In this document: piece by piece, positions 27,619 to 43,000 of the stretch
Layout: each line of letters begins with the position of its first letter
Numbering within the stretch: position 1 is the first letter of the stretch
From: Phoronis australis
Lineage: Eukaryota; Animalia; Phoronida
DNA length: 64,000 bases
Direction of reading: 5' to 3'
Assembly (NCBI GenBank): GCA_002633005.1
Contig: NMRA01000015.1
Span: forward strand, 1,844,200-1,908,199
Notes under the pieces: generated by a model
Databases searched by the model: none
What the model was told of the DNA's origin: nothing
The model's input: the letters and a program-made list of their open reading frames with translations, nothing else
Program-made: the position numbers and the translations under genes

Positions 27619-27946
27619 TTGACAGAGGATAAAGTTAAAAGTAAACTCCGAAGTGTCTGATGTGCTGTAGAAGTACAGACGGCCTACACATTTTCTGAAG
27701 TGCTGGATGTCATTGAATTTTCATTTGGTTGTACTAAGTACTTGCAAGTAAATTATTCTTAGCACAAGCCTAGTTACCTAAACGGTTTCCCGTTTGTCAT
27801 AATCACAGATATTATGAAGAAAGATTTCAGTCTATTTCAGTAATGCGCTTCCTGATTAGTATGCTTTCCTGAAGGCAAATGAAAACAAAAAGTAGTAATG
27901 TTTAAAAACAGGTAATATATAAGTATTACCTTCATAAAAGAACAAC

Positions 27947-27973
27947 ATTAAATGCACGACCAAGACATTTATT
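27947..27973. terminator. Back-to-back polyadenylation signals of two convergent genes
   Basis: ATTAAA on + at 27947-27952 and AATAAA on - at 27973-27968, between the stops at 27618 (+) and 28045 (-). Confidence 0.5.
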
Positions 27974-28044
27974 AGGGTACTACACAATTACAACAGCATA
28001 AAACTGTAACATATAACTTGACAGGTGGCAGCACAGCACTATGT

Positions 28045-31000
28045 TTACGATTTTCTAGTTGATTCAAGTCTACTGAGTATTTCTCCATATACTTTAGTCA
28101 TTTTTGTTACATAAGTTGTCTTCAGCTGCCTCAGATGGTTAAGAAACCTCATACTTAATGCACACCAACGTTCAGCATCTTCGTACCTTGATGAACTGAA
28201 AGCACACAATATTAGATTGTACTAAAGATAGTACTTATAGTTACTGTATCTATTAGCAATGGGAACGTTTTCCAAACTTTGCAATTTTAACACGACTAAA
28301 CGGCATATTTTGAATGAAGATATTTTGCTGCTGTTTCACTGTGCTCCTTGCCTGGTAGTGTAAAAAGGATATCAGTGTTCTATTATCTACTTGAAGTTTC
28401 GATCCCGATTGCTAGCGACACCCGTTGAGTGTTTTTGGTACAAAGCACAACTCTAGAATGTAACCTGATATATCACTTATTCATCAATGTCAACCAGATT
28501 TGAGAACAATACAAGTTGTTTGTTGTCTGTAAATCCAGTCTTTGTGTTTACATATTGCACTGTTATCAAATAACAAACCGTTGTATGCGAGATGACCAGT
28601 TTAGCAGGACAGACTTGACCACCCAGTGTAATTATATCTAAGAGCGTTTATTTCTCATTCCCTATCATATCTTATTATTAAGCAACGTTTTATGAAATGT
28701 GAACATACTGCAAATTGTTTTGTCATCAAAATCCTCACCAGTAAAGATGAATGCCACAGTTCCAAGCCCTGGTCATCAGCCACAGCAACTCAGTTTGGGG
28801 ATAACTGTTCTGAAAAACAAATTAAACATTTCATTTTAAAAAATGTCAAACTGAAAGGTGTATTGCACGCTGGTTCAATAAATTAATATCTGAGACCATA
28901 TCGATGACAGTATTAGGTAATGAGCACTAAAACATAATTATAGACATCTTGTCAAATGCATTCAGAGACAGGACAGTTAGTGAAGTCTGTGATATTAACA
29001 GCAATCTGCATGCCTTGTAAGACTTAATCAAAAAAATTACAATGTCGTGTCATTTTCAAGCACAGAATAGGTTTCTGTGACAAACATTATTTCGATTTGA
29101 AAACCAATAGTTCAGAAGATGGGTGAACAGGTATTCAAAAACTAATATCTTAAAAGACACCTTCACAAATGAAGCAATTTTTACATATTTGGCACAGTTA
29201 CACATACCAAACATACGGCCTATGCACGAGCGCACCCAGCCTAAAATAAGGGGGGGGGGCTCGAATTTTTGACAATGTGGACCTTACTAACAGAAAAATG
29301 GGGGACAAAGAAAATTGGATAGCACATTCAGAACTGAATTGTGCACTCGCACCTTTTGACTTGTTCGAGACCCCCCCTTGGTGCGCACATGTTATGAACC
29401 TCAACCCGGAAACATTCTGGCACCTGAGAAGTGTTGTCTATGAAGTTGAGGGCATCTGTAAAGTGCTGGCATGCCTCGTCTCTTCTACTGTCGTCTCCAT
29501 AACTCTGGCCTAGAGTCAGCTGGATCAGGCTTTGGAACAGTTTACTGTAAGCAACACAGACTTGGTTGAGTAATGGAACTCTGATTGAAGATATTAACTG
29601 CAGATAACACAAGGCTTTAACACAGTAACATTGTGTTGTACAATGATGATACTTGTTATGATATTACAGCATCAGTAGTCTTTTGTCACCACTCATTCAT
29701 TCACACGTAGGGGTTGTAAGTATCAATATCAAACGCAATTATTTCACAGTTATTTGAGAAATTGATTTATTAGTACGATTACTCAATAAGAATTATTGAA
29801 CGAATGTCAAAAGACATAACATAAAGCCTCTTTACTTCAATGAGCACAGTCATAAGAAAGCACTGCAGATGGCACCAAATCTATTTAAAAACAGCAGGAA
29901 ACACCATACTATTACTGTGAATAAAATCATGAAACTAAGAATTATGCCACCAAGTATTCACAGTGTTAAAATAATGCACACAACTGTGACTGCAAAGACA
30001 ATGCAAGAATAGAAATGAGACAGAAGATTTTGAATGTACAGTTTTTAAAACCTGCACACGAGACTAACTAATGCTTACAAGTGTCAATCTCGTGTCTACA
30101 CAATATGTGTTCAGTACCTGCATTTAACATAATCAACAGGTTGTTGCTGTATGTACTTCTTGATGGCCACTTTGACAGCTCTTGTGGCAACACTTCGGTT
30201 TTCACGGCCTGCAGTCATTGACAGCGCTACACACAAAAAAAGTCACATTAGAGGCGTTGATATCATCCAATCGGCAAAGGTTGATATTTATAGTGAAATA
30301 AAAAAATAGCGAATACCAAAACCATTATAAAAACTCACATTACTTAGAATCAATTGAGTAGCAGCAGTTTGTAGAAAATGTACTATATGTAAACAGTCAT
30401 GTAATATATGTAAACAGCCATGTACTATATGTAAACAGTCATGTACTACATGTAAACAGTCATGTACTACATGTAAACAGTCATGTAATATATTCATTTA
30501 TCACAAGCTCTACACACAGCCATGTTATTACCCCACTATGCAACACTAACACAACATGCAGACAGTTCATATTTCCATTCCCTTTTCATTGCTTTTTTCC
30601 TTTAGCTTCAAATCAACAACTGTGACGAGACCAAAACTTGAACTGTTAGGTCTGTTAATGTGATTTTTTGGCAATAAGAATTCTTTTCCAAAATATTTAA
30701 AATTTCTCATACAAACACAAAAATTTCTGGATTATTAGCGATTTTCACACCAATAAATACTTGTTTGCAGGAAAAAAAAACCGCAAACAAGATGACTTGC
30801 ACCAATGAGCCTTTTGTTCCTCAAAATACTATTAAGATTTTAGACCATGACCATATTACTGAAGATTTCATACTTTTTAAAATTGTTTTTGTTAACAATT
30901 TAAGTTGTCATTTCATACTGAATTCTACCGGCAATTGTCTCAAATGTTTTTGGCTCTGAGTTAGCCATCTGTAGCGCCTTCTCTAGCAACAGCTCCAATC

Positions 31001-34000
31001 CATGGTAACCCAAGTGAACTTTAGCTTCAAACTCATACAGTAGAAGTAGCACTGCTGTATTGTCTTTAGACTTGGCTTCACCTGCAACATGACCAAATGA
31101 CAGCTGTTACCTAGGCAACAGACTGCTAAAGCATGCCATGAAAACTATGATCACTGTCACGCAACCACGTTTTAAGATGAAGCTATTTGATACTCTTCAA
31201 GGTATAGCAAAAGGTACTCATTATGATCTAGTCTGTTACTACCAAAGATGATAGCATTCAAGTTTCACAATGTATCACTACTTAAAGTAACCTGAATAAT
31301 GATAGTACTAAATCAGACACCACCATGCATGGTTTCATTGACCATGTTGTATTACCAAATGACTATCAGAGCACTAACACTGAATGGTGACTACGCAGAG
31401 TAAATAGACTTGAACTGACCTGTCTTTAATGCTGAGTTCACTGCAGCAAGTTTTTCAGAAATTCCTTTGCAAGTTTCGATGAACCCAAGCACTTTGTGGA
31501 GAGTATCGTCCTGTAGTAAAACAGATGTGAAATATAGCGCTTGAATACACACTCGAGACCGCGTGCCCACACGCACACACTAAAGTTTCACTTAAATGTT
31601 GCAGTGAATTAGAACAATATCATATTTTGATCTAAACCAAGACAAATTGGTTGCAATGCTTGCAAATAAAACAATAAGTTTCTACATTATTCAAAACTGA
31701 AATAACTTGTGTCACAATATCTCATACAAGATATAAGACTGGAATGAAGCATTTCTTTCTTCAAACATCTGATTTGTAGACTTAAAAATAAACTGGAATG
31801 CTTTAGTGCAAGAGAGAACATTGACTGGCACTCCCAGAAAGTCAACAACTTAGTTGCCTAACTCTCAGTGTGCAGAGTCAATGTAAGTTACTCCTTTGCC
31901 ATAAACTGCAGTCGATCTTGGTACTCTCTTCTTGGCACACTACAGACCACTTACATCTGTTTGGCCAGCAGTCATACACAATCTTGGTACTCTCTTCTTG
32001 GAACACTACAGACCACTTACATCTGTATGGCCAGTCATACACAATCTTGGTACTCTCTTCTTGGCACACTACAGACCACTTACATCTATATGGCCAGTCA
32101 TACACAATCTAGAACACACAACACCACACCACACCCACAATTATGTAACCCAACTCTCGTATCACCCCAGTATGTATACCCCTCCACCATCACTTACATG
32201 TATTGGGCCCAGTATGTATACCATTTCAACATCACTTACCTGTACTGGGCACAGTATGTATACCCCTCCACCATCACTTACCTGTACTGGGCACAGTATG
32301 TTTAACATTCCAACATCACTTACCTGTACTGGGCACAGAATGTACACCCCTCCACCATCACTTACCTGTACTGGGCCTAGTATGAGGGCTTGGAATGACC
32401 AATGACAAAAAACGCCGAAACTTTTACGGTCCAAAACATGCGGCTACCCAGCCTTGAAATAGTCGATCACCCAACAAAAATCGGAAGGACTAAAAAAAAG
32501 TTACCACCATCAGTAGCATGTGTCTGCGTCTTCTTTGCTCGTCCGTCCACTCCCACCCCCACACATTTTTGGCTACAGAGCCGTAGTATTTGTCACCGCG
32601 GTTATCACACGAGACGCCATTGAAAATCCCACCACGCTATCCCAGATACCCCGGCAATGTTGACAATTTACGTTCCTCCGAAACATAAAGAGCAACTTCT
32701 GCTTTTCGAGGTCAACGTCGTCTGCAACGCTGCGGTAAGAAAGGAATTTGTCGTGGAAATTTTATTTAAAATCCGATTTTTTTTACGCGGAAATATAATA
32801 AAATGCGCGGACAGAACATTTGAAAAAAGCGGAAATACGTGTTTCCGCGGAAAATTCCAAGCCTTGTAGTATGTACACCCCTCCACCATCACTTACCTGA
32901 CAGTACTGGGCCCAGTAGATACACCTTTCCACCATCACTTACCTGCACTGGGCACAGTATGTATACCCCGGCTTCTGTCATCACTTACCTGTACTGAACA
33001 CAGTATGTATACCATTCCAACATCACTCACCTGCACTGGGCCCTGTTTCATCTTCTTCCCACACTCCAGACCACTAGCTGCTGCCATCAACAGACACGTT
33101 CTGTCTCGCACCAAAGACACACAATCGTCACCAGTCAGGCAGGAGAACTGAAGGTCAGAGAAAGGAGAAATAAACAGCAGAATACTTTGTAAATAATGTG
33201 GTATGGTATGATCTCTTAAAATATAGTACGTTACTAAGAGGCTTACGTAAGGCTCTGTACAATTACTTTTTAGATTCCAAAGTATTTGTTTGTAATGTGT
33301 ATGCAAGTTATATATTCACCTCAAAGCATGCAGGATTATCCAGAAAAAAGCATGTGCACCATTTTTGAAATACACATAAAATAGGGCTGTTGATTATGCA
33401 TGTTCTCAAAGTTCGGTTCCATTAGGTGATGAACAGGCATGTAAATTCATTTCCTTTACTTTCACTATTACCTGTCACCTATCCACTTATAATGAAGAAT
33501 TAAATAATATCTCTCCAGTAATCCAGATATTGGCAATTTTCAATCAAGTTCATTATTAAGTGTGCTGGCCTATCTTTTGTCTAGCATCATGCACACTGAT
33601 ACACAGGCCAATTATCTGCCATGCTTCAGAGTTACTAATTGAAGTCACTGTTAATGTTATAATTGACTCTGCTCCACAAAAAAGAATTAAATTGCATCAG
33701 AGTTTCTGATCCTGGGGGTCATTGCCACATGCGGTTCTTGAACTTATCACCTGACAATTAAAGTACCATGAACAGGCTGGGTTTGTAATGATACCTTGTA
33801 GCATAATTCAAACATTTCTCCCATCTGTTGAGAGTAATTGGAACTCTGAATTGCAAGATTCCAAGCTGCAATGTAAGCATGCAATCATTAATGTTTTTCA
33901 ACAACAGCTCTCCGTAATACAGATTAATGCCATTTATGTGCACAAATTTAAAGACAGTTACTTAACTAGAGATATTTCAAAAGTTGTAAAAACAAGAAAA

Positions 34001-37000
34001 AACATGTTTAATAAATTACTAATCTGCAAAATTTGAGAAAACGTGCAAATCCTTTTCAGGATAATCCGAAACTAATGCTTTATAGACAAGTAAAGATAAA
34101 GTTGAAATTAAACACTGAATAAAATACCGATTTTCATAAACCAAGACGCTTCCCTAGCAACAGCCTCCTTCTGTAGAGATTTCTCAGTTACCAGATGCTC
34201 CAATGCTTTGTGGGCTGAAAATAGTAATAGACTAATTCTAAGAAAACAACAGCTACCAACAGGATGAATTTGAAGTTTTTGTTGAGCTCTACACCAGTGG
34301 GTCAAAATTGGCCAAGTTCAAAGTAATGATAACGAAGTGGTTAATTTATTAAATCAAACTAACAGCCATAAGCTCCATCCAAACCACAGAGTAACCACTG
34401 AAAACAAGTGTTAACTTTTACGACTTGATTTTTTGAGAGGATCACAATTAATTCGATTAAATCTAAACCTTCAATACTTGCATTGTTTGGAACAAGATTT
34501 CCACGATGATGGTCATATTACATAATGAGCGCTGAATATAACTTTATGTAGTTTTGAGGCTTCTTTTTACTTAAAATAAACGCGCAGTACAAAATGTAAC
34601 AACAATATACCGCCCTGCTTTAACACATTTAATTTTCAACCTTTCTGAATTTTATGCAAAGTGCTATCATCTATGGGACACAGTTAAGTGATCAAAGTCT
34701 AAAACAGTGTAATGGCAACTGAAACGAAATTGAAACCTTCGTTGATTTCATGAATTAACTTCATCATTACGGTGAGCATGAAAATATCAAGTGAAGGTGA
34801 TGTCTGTGTGAGTTGTAACTGGAACAGGTTAATTTAATCAGATCATATTCACACTTAAGCATTTTGTACCAACATTGATTATTTACATCAGTAGTGAACA
34901 AAACTGACAATGAAACTCGTTCAAACATAACTAGTTAATTAAAACCTCAACATCAATCACCTTACCCTTCTGAACATAGGAACAAATCTTGGCCAAATCT
35001 AAACTTTAACAGGTGGGAAGATAAAAAAAAAATCAATTACAAGCTGTGTCTTATTAGGGATTTCAACTGCACTTGAAATGCTTGAAGATTCAAAACAGAT
35101 CACTCATATAGCCATGGGTGTAGCATTATATGGAAACATTCGAAATTCCTTAAAATATTTAATAATCATTAGCCAATAGACACGTTTATTGAACTGGGAG
35201 GACAGACTAGTTCAGAGTCTATTGTTTATCAAATGCAGTTGGTCAACATTTCTCACTGCTTGGTAGAGCAATGCTGCACATGTAAAACATTCTTTTAAGC
35301 AGGCATGATTAAAGTTGCAAATCATTTGTACAGTATCCTTCCTGTGTATTAATTGAAATACTTACTAATTGTGCTCATCATCCAACAACATAGTAAGCCT
35401 GAGTCTAATGAGAAGCCTCAGTACAGTCACAAGTTGTTGACTGTTGGGCAGAACATCTACCAGGCAGGACAGAGCACTCATGGCAGCTTCTTGGTGAGTT
35501 TTCTGCAATAGATGAGGGCAATGTCAGTAACAAGATCAACTAAGAAATTACAATTATGTAGTTCTCCATATATTTTGAACATCTGTCCTTATCCATTTTT
35601 CTTAAGGGTGATTATCTTGCAACAAATTATGGAATTTTTTACCAAATACTGTTTTATGACACCTAGGCAGTAAACACTAAGCTATTAACAGAACAAAATT
35701 CTATTAATCTTTTGTCTGGAAAATTTTGACAAAATTAAATGTCACTTAAGTCCATCATAGTGAGTGTGCTAAATATAAGTGAAGAATTAGCAGACACATT
35801 CCAGTCAACAGATCAGGTCAGATGTACTCTAACTAAAACGCAACTAAAAATCTTCAAAATTCACAAATCTAATTATTCCTTTACATCCTTTTTACCCACC
35901 AATAGGAAGTTACCAATGAAGGTAACTCAGACATCAGTGGCTTAAAATGTGATTAAGGTACAAAGCAATTAATTGAAAAAATCGTTCAGTCATACAGATG
36001 GGAAGGAAATAATGAGACATTGAATTGGCACAAAATAGATGGTGAGTGCCATTTAATTATAGTTATGAAGACTGCAATAGAAACTCAGCATTTGTGAAGC
36101 AATGCCTTGCCTCTTAATGAGATCCAACTAAGTTGTCTCATGTGCCAGTTAATTTAGGTGCTCTGGTCATCATCAAGGCTGATTGTCTGGTGAAGCTACC
36201 TCATCTTGTGGTGCAACAAACATGACCCTGTCTGAGAACTAATTTTCCCCAGCATGACTTGCCTCAAAAGCTAATTGAGCCGCCAAACAAATCAACTCTG
36301 AGTGCATGTTGTCAAGACCAGACCCTTCACTACACAGTGCACACATCTTGGGTAGGACAGCAGCAGCTGAAATGGTGACATCATATCATGACCGAAGCAG
36401 TATTACTGAGGCAATGACGTTTCAAATGTGCATTACAGAACAAGTATTATCCCCTAACCGACCTTCAGTCACATAGTTCTGGTCAAGTTTAGCAGTTAAT
36501 ACTTAACACATGTAATGACCAGAACACAATCGGCCAGTTGACACAATCATCTGTAACAAACAACTGACAGTGAACAGATAGTCACATGTTTATCACCAGG
36601 CCAGAAGATGGAGTAATGTATAATGGCAGGCCACACTTTGTCACATCTCAAAATTTTTCAAATGACACAGGCAAGTCAGCATTTTTGCATGTGTAAGTCG
36701 CACCCTGAATTTTGCTTTACATACGCATACAAGACACAATGTTTTTCATTGACAACAGGGCCATAATTTTACAAGTTGTAAAGACGTTTCTGCCACCTGA
36801 TGCAGCATGAAATAACAGCAAACCCAACAAAACACTAACACCCTATTGGCTCAGAAAATTTGTCACATTTTATCACAGAATTTTTAAAATGTCACAGCAT
36901 TTCAGGCAAGCGAGTTTTGTCACAGAATGTGCACTGGGACAAAGTTTGCATGTCGTGAACACATCCACTACCACAAAAAACTGTAAGAACACCGCATTTT

Positions 37001-40000
37001 TCCACCTTCACTCTTATCAGGCTTCTATTGTGAGTCAGCATGCAAGAATAATTGGCTGATAAGCCACCTCTGGGACTACTTTTGGCTGAATGGATGACCA
37101 GGCCATAAAATGATAATTAGCCAAGACCAGTTACTAATGCAACAAAGAATGTCGTAACATCACCTAGCCTTGGTGGAAAGCTGTATACTGTATTGACTCT
37201 AATAAACGCTTAGAAAAATTCATTTCACGGGGAGGGGACGCTCATTGTAGCCTACGGCAGTTGAAACCCGGTTTCCCAAATGGGTAAAATCGGAAGCTAG
37301 GATTCATCAAATTTACGCTCTGTGACGTATATGTAGCCTATGACAGTCTTTTTACAAAATTGTGGTGCATTGCTATCAACTTCCGTTGTTAAATTACGAT
37401 AATTTTTCAAAAAATTGTGCTCATCACAGGGCGAAAACTTGCCGACTGATGCGTCGCTGAATCGCGATCGTCAACAGGAAAACTTGAACTCGTGAATAAA
37501 AATATAGTTTTGACTCAACAAATTACCTGAAATCTTCCTTATGTTTTACAATTTTTAAAGTTCATGTGGAGACCAGATTAATTGCGATTAAGTCCAAATG
37601 TGCGCTACATCGTACTCCATAACACGAGAAAAATCTCTGGATGAACACACATGTTGTTGTCACGTGACGTTTGTTTTGAAGTTTGTCTGCGTATGAGAGT
37701 GAGTGAGCGTGCATGTGCGGGTCATCGACGACAGACTTTTTTGTTACAAAAGGCGGAGGATTATGCAAGAAAATGGCGTTTACTAGATTGTTTTTCACTT
37801 AAACGGCTGCAACGTGCAAGGTGAGTGCTGGTTAACTCACAGATTTTGTGTGCACAGGCCGACNAATGTCCTTCAGTGACAACAGGGCCATGAATGTCCT
37901 CCAGTGACAACAGGGCCATAAATGTCCTTCAGTGACAACAGGGCCATAATATTACAATTTGTAAAAAAGTTTCTGCCACCTGATGCAGCATAAAATAACT
38001 GCAAACCCAACAAAACACTAACACCCTATTGGCTCAGAAAATTTCTCACATTTTATCACAGAATTTTTAAAATGTCACAGCATTTCAGGCAAGCAAGTTT
38101 TGTCACAGAATGTGCACTGGGACAAATTTTGAGAATCTAGGGCACTTTCAGTACCTAAGTACAGTAATTCTTTGACTTATTTACCAGATTAATATGCCCG
38201 ATAAGTGAAATTTTATTTTGTAAAATTTCTCCACAAAAATAAAGATTCATTTACTAAAATTTTAGTCCATTAGTAGCATGGCTTGTACAATGTGCATGTC
38301 ATAAAACAACTTTTGGTAAATTTTGCGTATTTGCCATGAAGTAATCCACTTCAGACAAATGCAATAATGATAAATTTGGCAATTAATTTGTGAAAAAAAT
38401 AAGTGGAGGCTTACCACTAGCTTATGTTGCACAATTAGTGAAACTAATCTATGAATAATAGATGGCTTAGAATCAAAGGCAGCAACTAATACCTTCCTTT
38501 CCATTATCCATAGCCAACAGAACTTTAAATTTAATGAACTGGTTGTATGGTGAAGTGGGATCATACTTCTCAGCCATTGTTGCACAGTCTAAAGCCTAGA
38601 ATTGAAATGTAAGATAGGTGGTCAAATTAATTGAATAACTGTACTGTCAACAGTACTGTACTGTCAACAGCACTGTACTGACAACAGTAACTAGTTTAAA
38701 ACCAATAATGAATTTTATTGTAGAGACCCTGTGAATAGAAGAAAAATTACTATGAACAGCTGGCCAATAAAACTACAAAATCATACAAATAAGTCAAGAT
38801 GGCTGATAGTGAAGAAAGTGTTCCCTGTAAACTGAAGGCATAACAACTGTCATAAGATCACAACGACACTCTCAGCTTATGTATCATACCTGAGTGCAAT
38901 AATCGTATGACAGCTACTAAAATACTTTGCAACTAAGATGTCCTAATAGCACTTAACTATAAACTGAAAGTTTCAATCACCTCAGTCAACTTTCCCAGAG
39001 CAAGCAGACAGCCAGCCTTGTTACGGTAGATTTTAGCCAGGTTCAAGCCATCTGTTTCGTCTGTGAATACACTCAGTGAATAATTGTACCACTGCAATGC
39101 TTCAGTGAACTCAATGTTCTGAAACACAAGAGCAAGAAGTAGAATAGCAGCGTGACAAAGGAGTCTCAATCAGACTGTTTCCAGGTGGGGAAGTTTACCC
39201 CCCCTCAGCCTAATGCAAACCTTAAGGTGCATGAACTAGGTAGAAATTAACAGACAGTGCATTGTGAAATTAAAATTAATTTTAAACTGACATGGACGAG
39301 AGTAGATGGCATTTTGTCGTAGGCTTTGAAATACAATGGAAGAACAGCCTGGAGAGACAAGTGGACACTTGAGACAAAATCTGAGAACGCAGTATTCATG
39401 TCATGAGAGTAGGAGGGTCAGGCGAGCGGAAACAAGAAATTACTTTAAAGTTGGCTTTACTTGAGTGTTACAATTATATTGTGAAGAATTATAACACATA
39501 CTATTTACAACATAAATTATGTGGGTTATTGTTGAGTGTTAAGCAAGGCATCTTACAGTGGGCTTGGAAAGAAAAGTTGTAACATCATTAATATGTTAGA
39601 AGGTCGGGGAGTGCCTGTGAGGTGTATAAACAATTTTCAAAACTGATTCAATATGAAATGTGAATTTCTATTGAATGACCTCAAAGCACTTTGCAGCATT
39701 CTGCCACATCAAACCATGAAACTTATTCTTCACATCAGAGTCCATCGGCTGCTTGCTATTCCTATCTTCTGTAACAGAGAACAGAAACAGAAAAATAACA
39801 TTACAAATAGCAATTATAATACTCCATATAGTTCAACAACTAAAATTATGACAGAGGCTAAAAAATGATAATGAACACAGGCAGATCAAAGATATCGCAA
39901 GATGGGGTCAATCCCAGTTTCTTAAGGACAAGTGTTTGCGTTACCCCTAAAACAGCATGCTGGCACCACTTTGTTTTTGGCCAGAGCCCGCCAATATTTT

Positions 40001-43000
40001 GGGATAAAACAGCTATTAACTAAATCAGAAATAAAAATCATTAAAGAAAACAAAGAATTATACTACAGTAAAATGCATCAAATGAATTAAAAATTACTTA
40101 TCAAATCACAACAAAAATGCTATTTGAACACAGCCAAGTATCTTTTTGAAACTGAGGCCAACTCCATTCAGTTTACTGAACATTTTTGCCAGTTTGAGCA
40201 TTCATGGTGTGTTAGTTCATGGACTGCCATTAATAAAAGGCCATTAATGATAAGACACCAAAAGAGGTCTCACTTTACTTAGTGATACCCTACTGTGTTG
40301 CACCTTAGGTAAGTGTGGTTATTATTTACTTTATTTAGCACACAAGATGGCCAACAACTAAATTCTATTTTGTTAGGTTTCTCCATAAAAGATGAAGATT
40401 AAGAACATTATACACTATTTCTTGGCTAATTTGTAGTGCGTAAATGCCATAAAATAACGTTTGGAAAATTTCCATCATTATTATCATTACTATTTTAGTA
40501 TCATTATTGTCATTATTATTATTACTGTTCACCATTATTTTTATGCAAAAAAAGTGGAGAATCACTGTAGCTATATGTCTGAACACAAATTTTCAAGGAT
40601 TAAAAAATGTGGATTTTCAAATACTTTGGCAATATACAGATTTTTCTTTGAAACAGAATACTTTCCTTCGTTAAGGAGCAATTGGCATATGCGTTGATGG
40701 TTGAAGTCATCTAGGAACAGCAAAAATACAAATGAAATTTACTTATTTAACCACATTGGCTGAATGACAACAGAATAAGTCAGATCAACACGGTCAGTTA
40801 CTTACTGGTGATACAAGACTCAATAACTTGCTTAGCGTCCTCAAGTCTCCCAAGTTCTAACAGTGTTTCAATATGAAGCATGTCGATTTGTCCACATTCA
40901 GGTCGATTATTATATCGTGATACAAGCAGCTCAATACCAGCTATGGAAAAATCCAATCTGCAGGAAAACAATTGTGAAGAACAACGGAACATAAATAACA
41001 AGAATGACAATACCATATTGAGGTGCTTCAAAACATTTAATGGGCTCTCTGTCGGGTAAAAAGTTCGGCAAGTGACTAAATCCTAGAAAAAGATAGAACA
41101 TTATTTTCTAAACTGCTTCTGGATTTTAAATGTAACATTAAACAGTCATTGTTAAATATTGAAGGGTTCTTTAGGTCAGAGGCAAGAGTCAACCAAATAT
41201 TTCACCTGTCAATGGATTTTACATGCAGCCACATCAAGTCCCAGCATGAGGTGCACATATATGAGACTACTAAAAAGATTACTAGTCACCTGTTGTTTCG
41301 AGTCGCACATCTCACAAGGCTGACGGCAGATTCAAGTTCAAAACCTGGATCATTCATCAAGTCCTCAAAGGCTGCAAAACAAATTATGAAATAATGGTCA
41401 CTGGAGCTGCTGTTTTATATTACAGAGTGAAGATCAAGTTCTTTTCGGATAATCTTTGTACATAATAATTGACATTACAGCAAGTTTAATATTACTAATT
41501 CTAAAACAGTCTTAACCAATAATCGAAATTGAAATCTACATAAATTCAAAGATCGAGGACACCATTTACAAGCATCGTTAGTATGTTACCAAAGAGTACG
41601 AGAGGAAAAGACTGTGAATACATTATCAGTGGCCTATTTTGAGATCAAGTTGGTCTAATACTTTGCAGATTATTATTTTAATGATTTATTCACATTAACG
41701 ATTCATTTTCGGGGCATCTGTTTTCAACTCACACCTGGAGACCACAGAAAACAAGCCTCTCATAGCAAGTTGTAGAATTATTAATTTCTTGATTTTACTT
41801 TGAAGCAGTTGTGTCTCAGGAGGTGCACAACCAACTTGAAACGGCCTTGACTTGTACTTCATTCCAACACATCTGCGTAAAACTAAAATCAAAAAATGTT
41901 ATTACCACAACTTGCTAGAAGAGCCTCGCTTTCCAGGGCAGACCTATGATTTCATCCACCTTGGACCAGAAAGGGACATGAAGTACGGTCTCTTGTTTAG
42001 GCTCATGTAGCTATATCATTCTGGAACGAATCTTTTTGAAGATGCTCAAGTGTTTCACATATTGCTGAGTGTGCCTAAACTTGACAGTAGTCAGAGGCTG
42101 CTGTCTCTTGCTTTCAAAATTATGTGAAACGCATGTCCTGAACTGTATGCAATATGTTTTTGTCTGTTCTTAATACTATTCAGTACGACAGTGTTAATTT
42201 ATGCAGAAGGCCATTTCAAAACTTACATGGGTACAACTATTGCCCAGCAATGTGTATTATGGGAAGGTTTATAGTGCTTTAGCAACATAAGGCAAATCTT
42301 ACGTTAGCAGGATTTGCACGCAAGTGCACGAGAAAGCATGTACCGTTAACCCCCAGAATATCAAGCAAAGTCTTGATGGTGCCCTCACGGATTCAAGTGA
42401 GCTAGTCGCTATTCATGGGATTGGCTGAACGTGTTAGATGAGATAATTGCACTCATAAATCAACATGCCTGTGTAGCATACGAGTTTCAAAGTAAAAAAA
42501 TAAACAATAAGGCGAATGACCAACAAAACTGTTTTAAAAATTGAAAAGAAAATAGTAGCCGTCTTTGAATTTTTAAAATCAATTCATTACAAGAGTTATA
42601 ATTAGCGGATAGGTTTTCTTCAGTATCTCGGCTAAGCCACGAGAATTAATTTATGAATTGATTAGGACGAGTTAATCACTGTTGGGCTCAGGCTCACTTA
42701 GGTGTTAAGGTAACAAAACTCCAAATATTAGCGTGGGAGTTGTCTCATCAACAGATGTTGACTTCACCTTTGCAACACTGAGACACACTGCCATTTGTGT
42801 GGAGCAAAACTTTGGCCATTAAATAGATTCCAGAAGTAGAAGGCTTTACCTGCAAATTGTACATACGTCTGAAGTTTTCATTGGAAATCTCATAACAAAC
42901 TCAATAGCGCCAAATGATATTGATGATAATAATAATAATAATAATAATAACAATAATAACATAGTAATAAAGATAATACATTATTAGAAAATTAATTTAT

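Noticed and set aside
31868-32434. Multiple overlapping repetitive ORFs and a CRISPR-like appearance
   Set aside because: These are tandem minisatellites without unique spacers, in a eukaryotic intron, with no cas genes.
37562-37798. 78-aa ORF duplicated at 50196-50432
   Set aside because: By-product of the interspersed repeat; non-ATG start and no protein motif.
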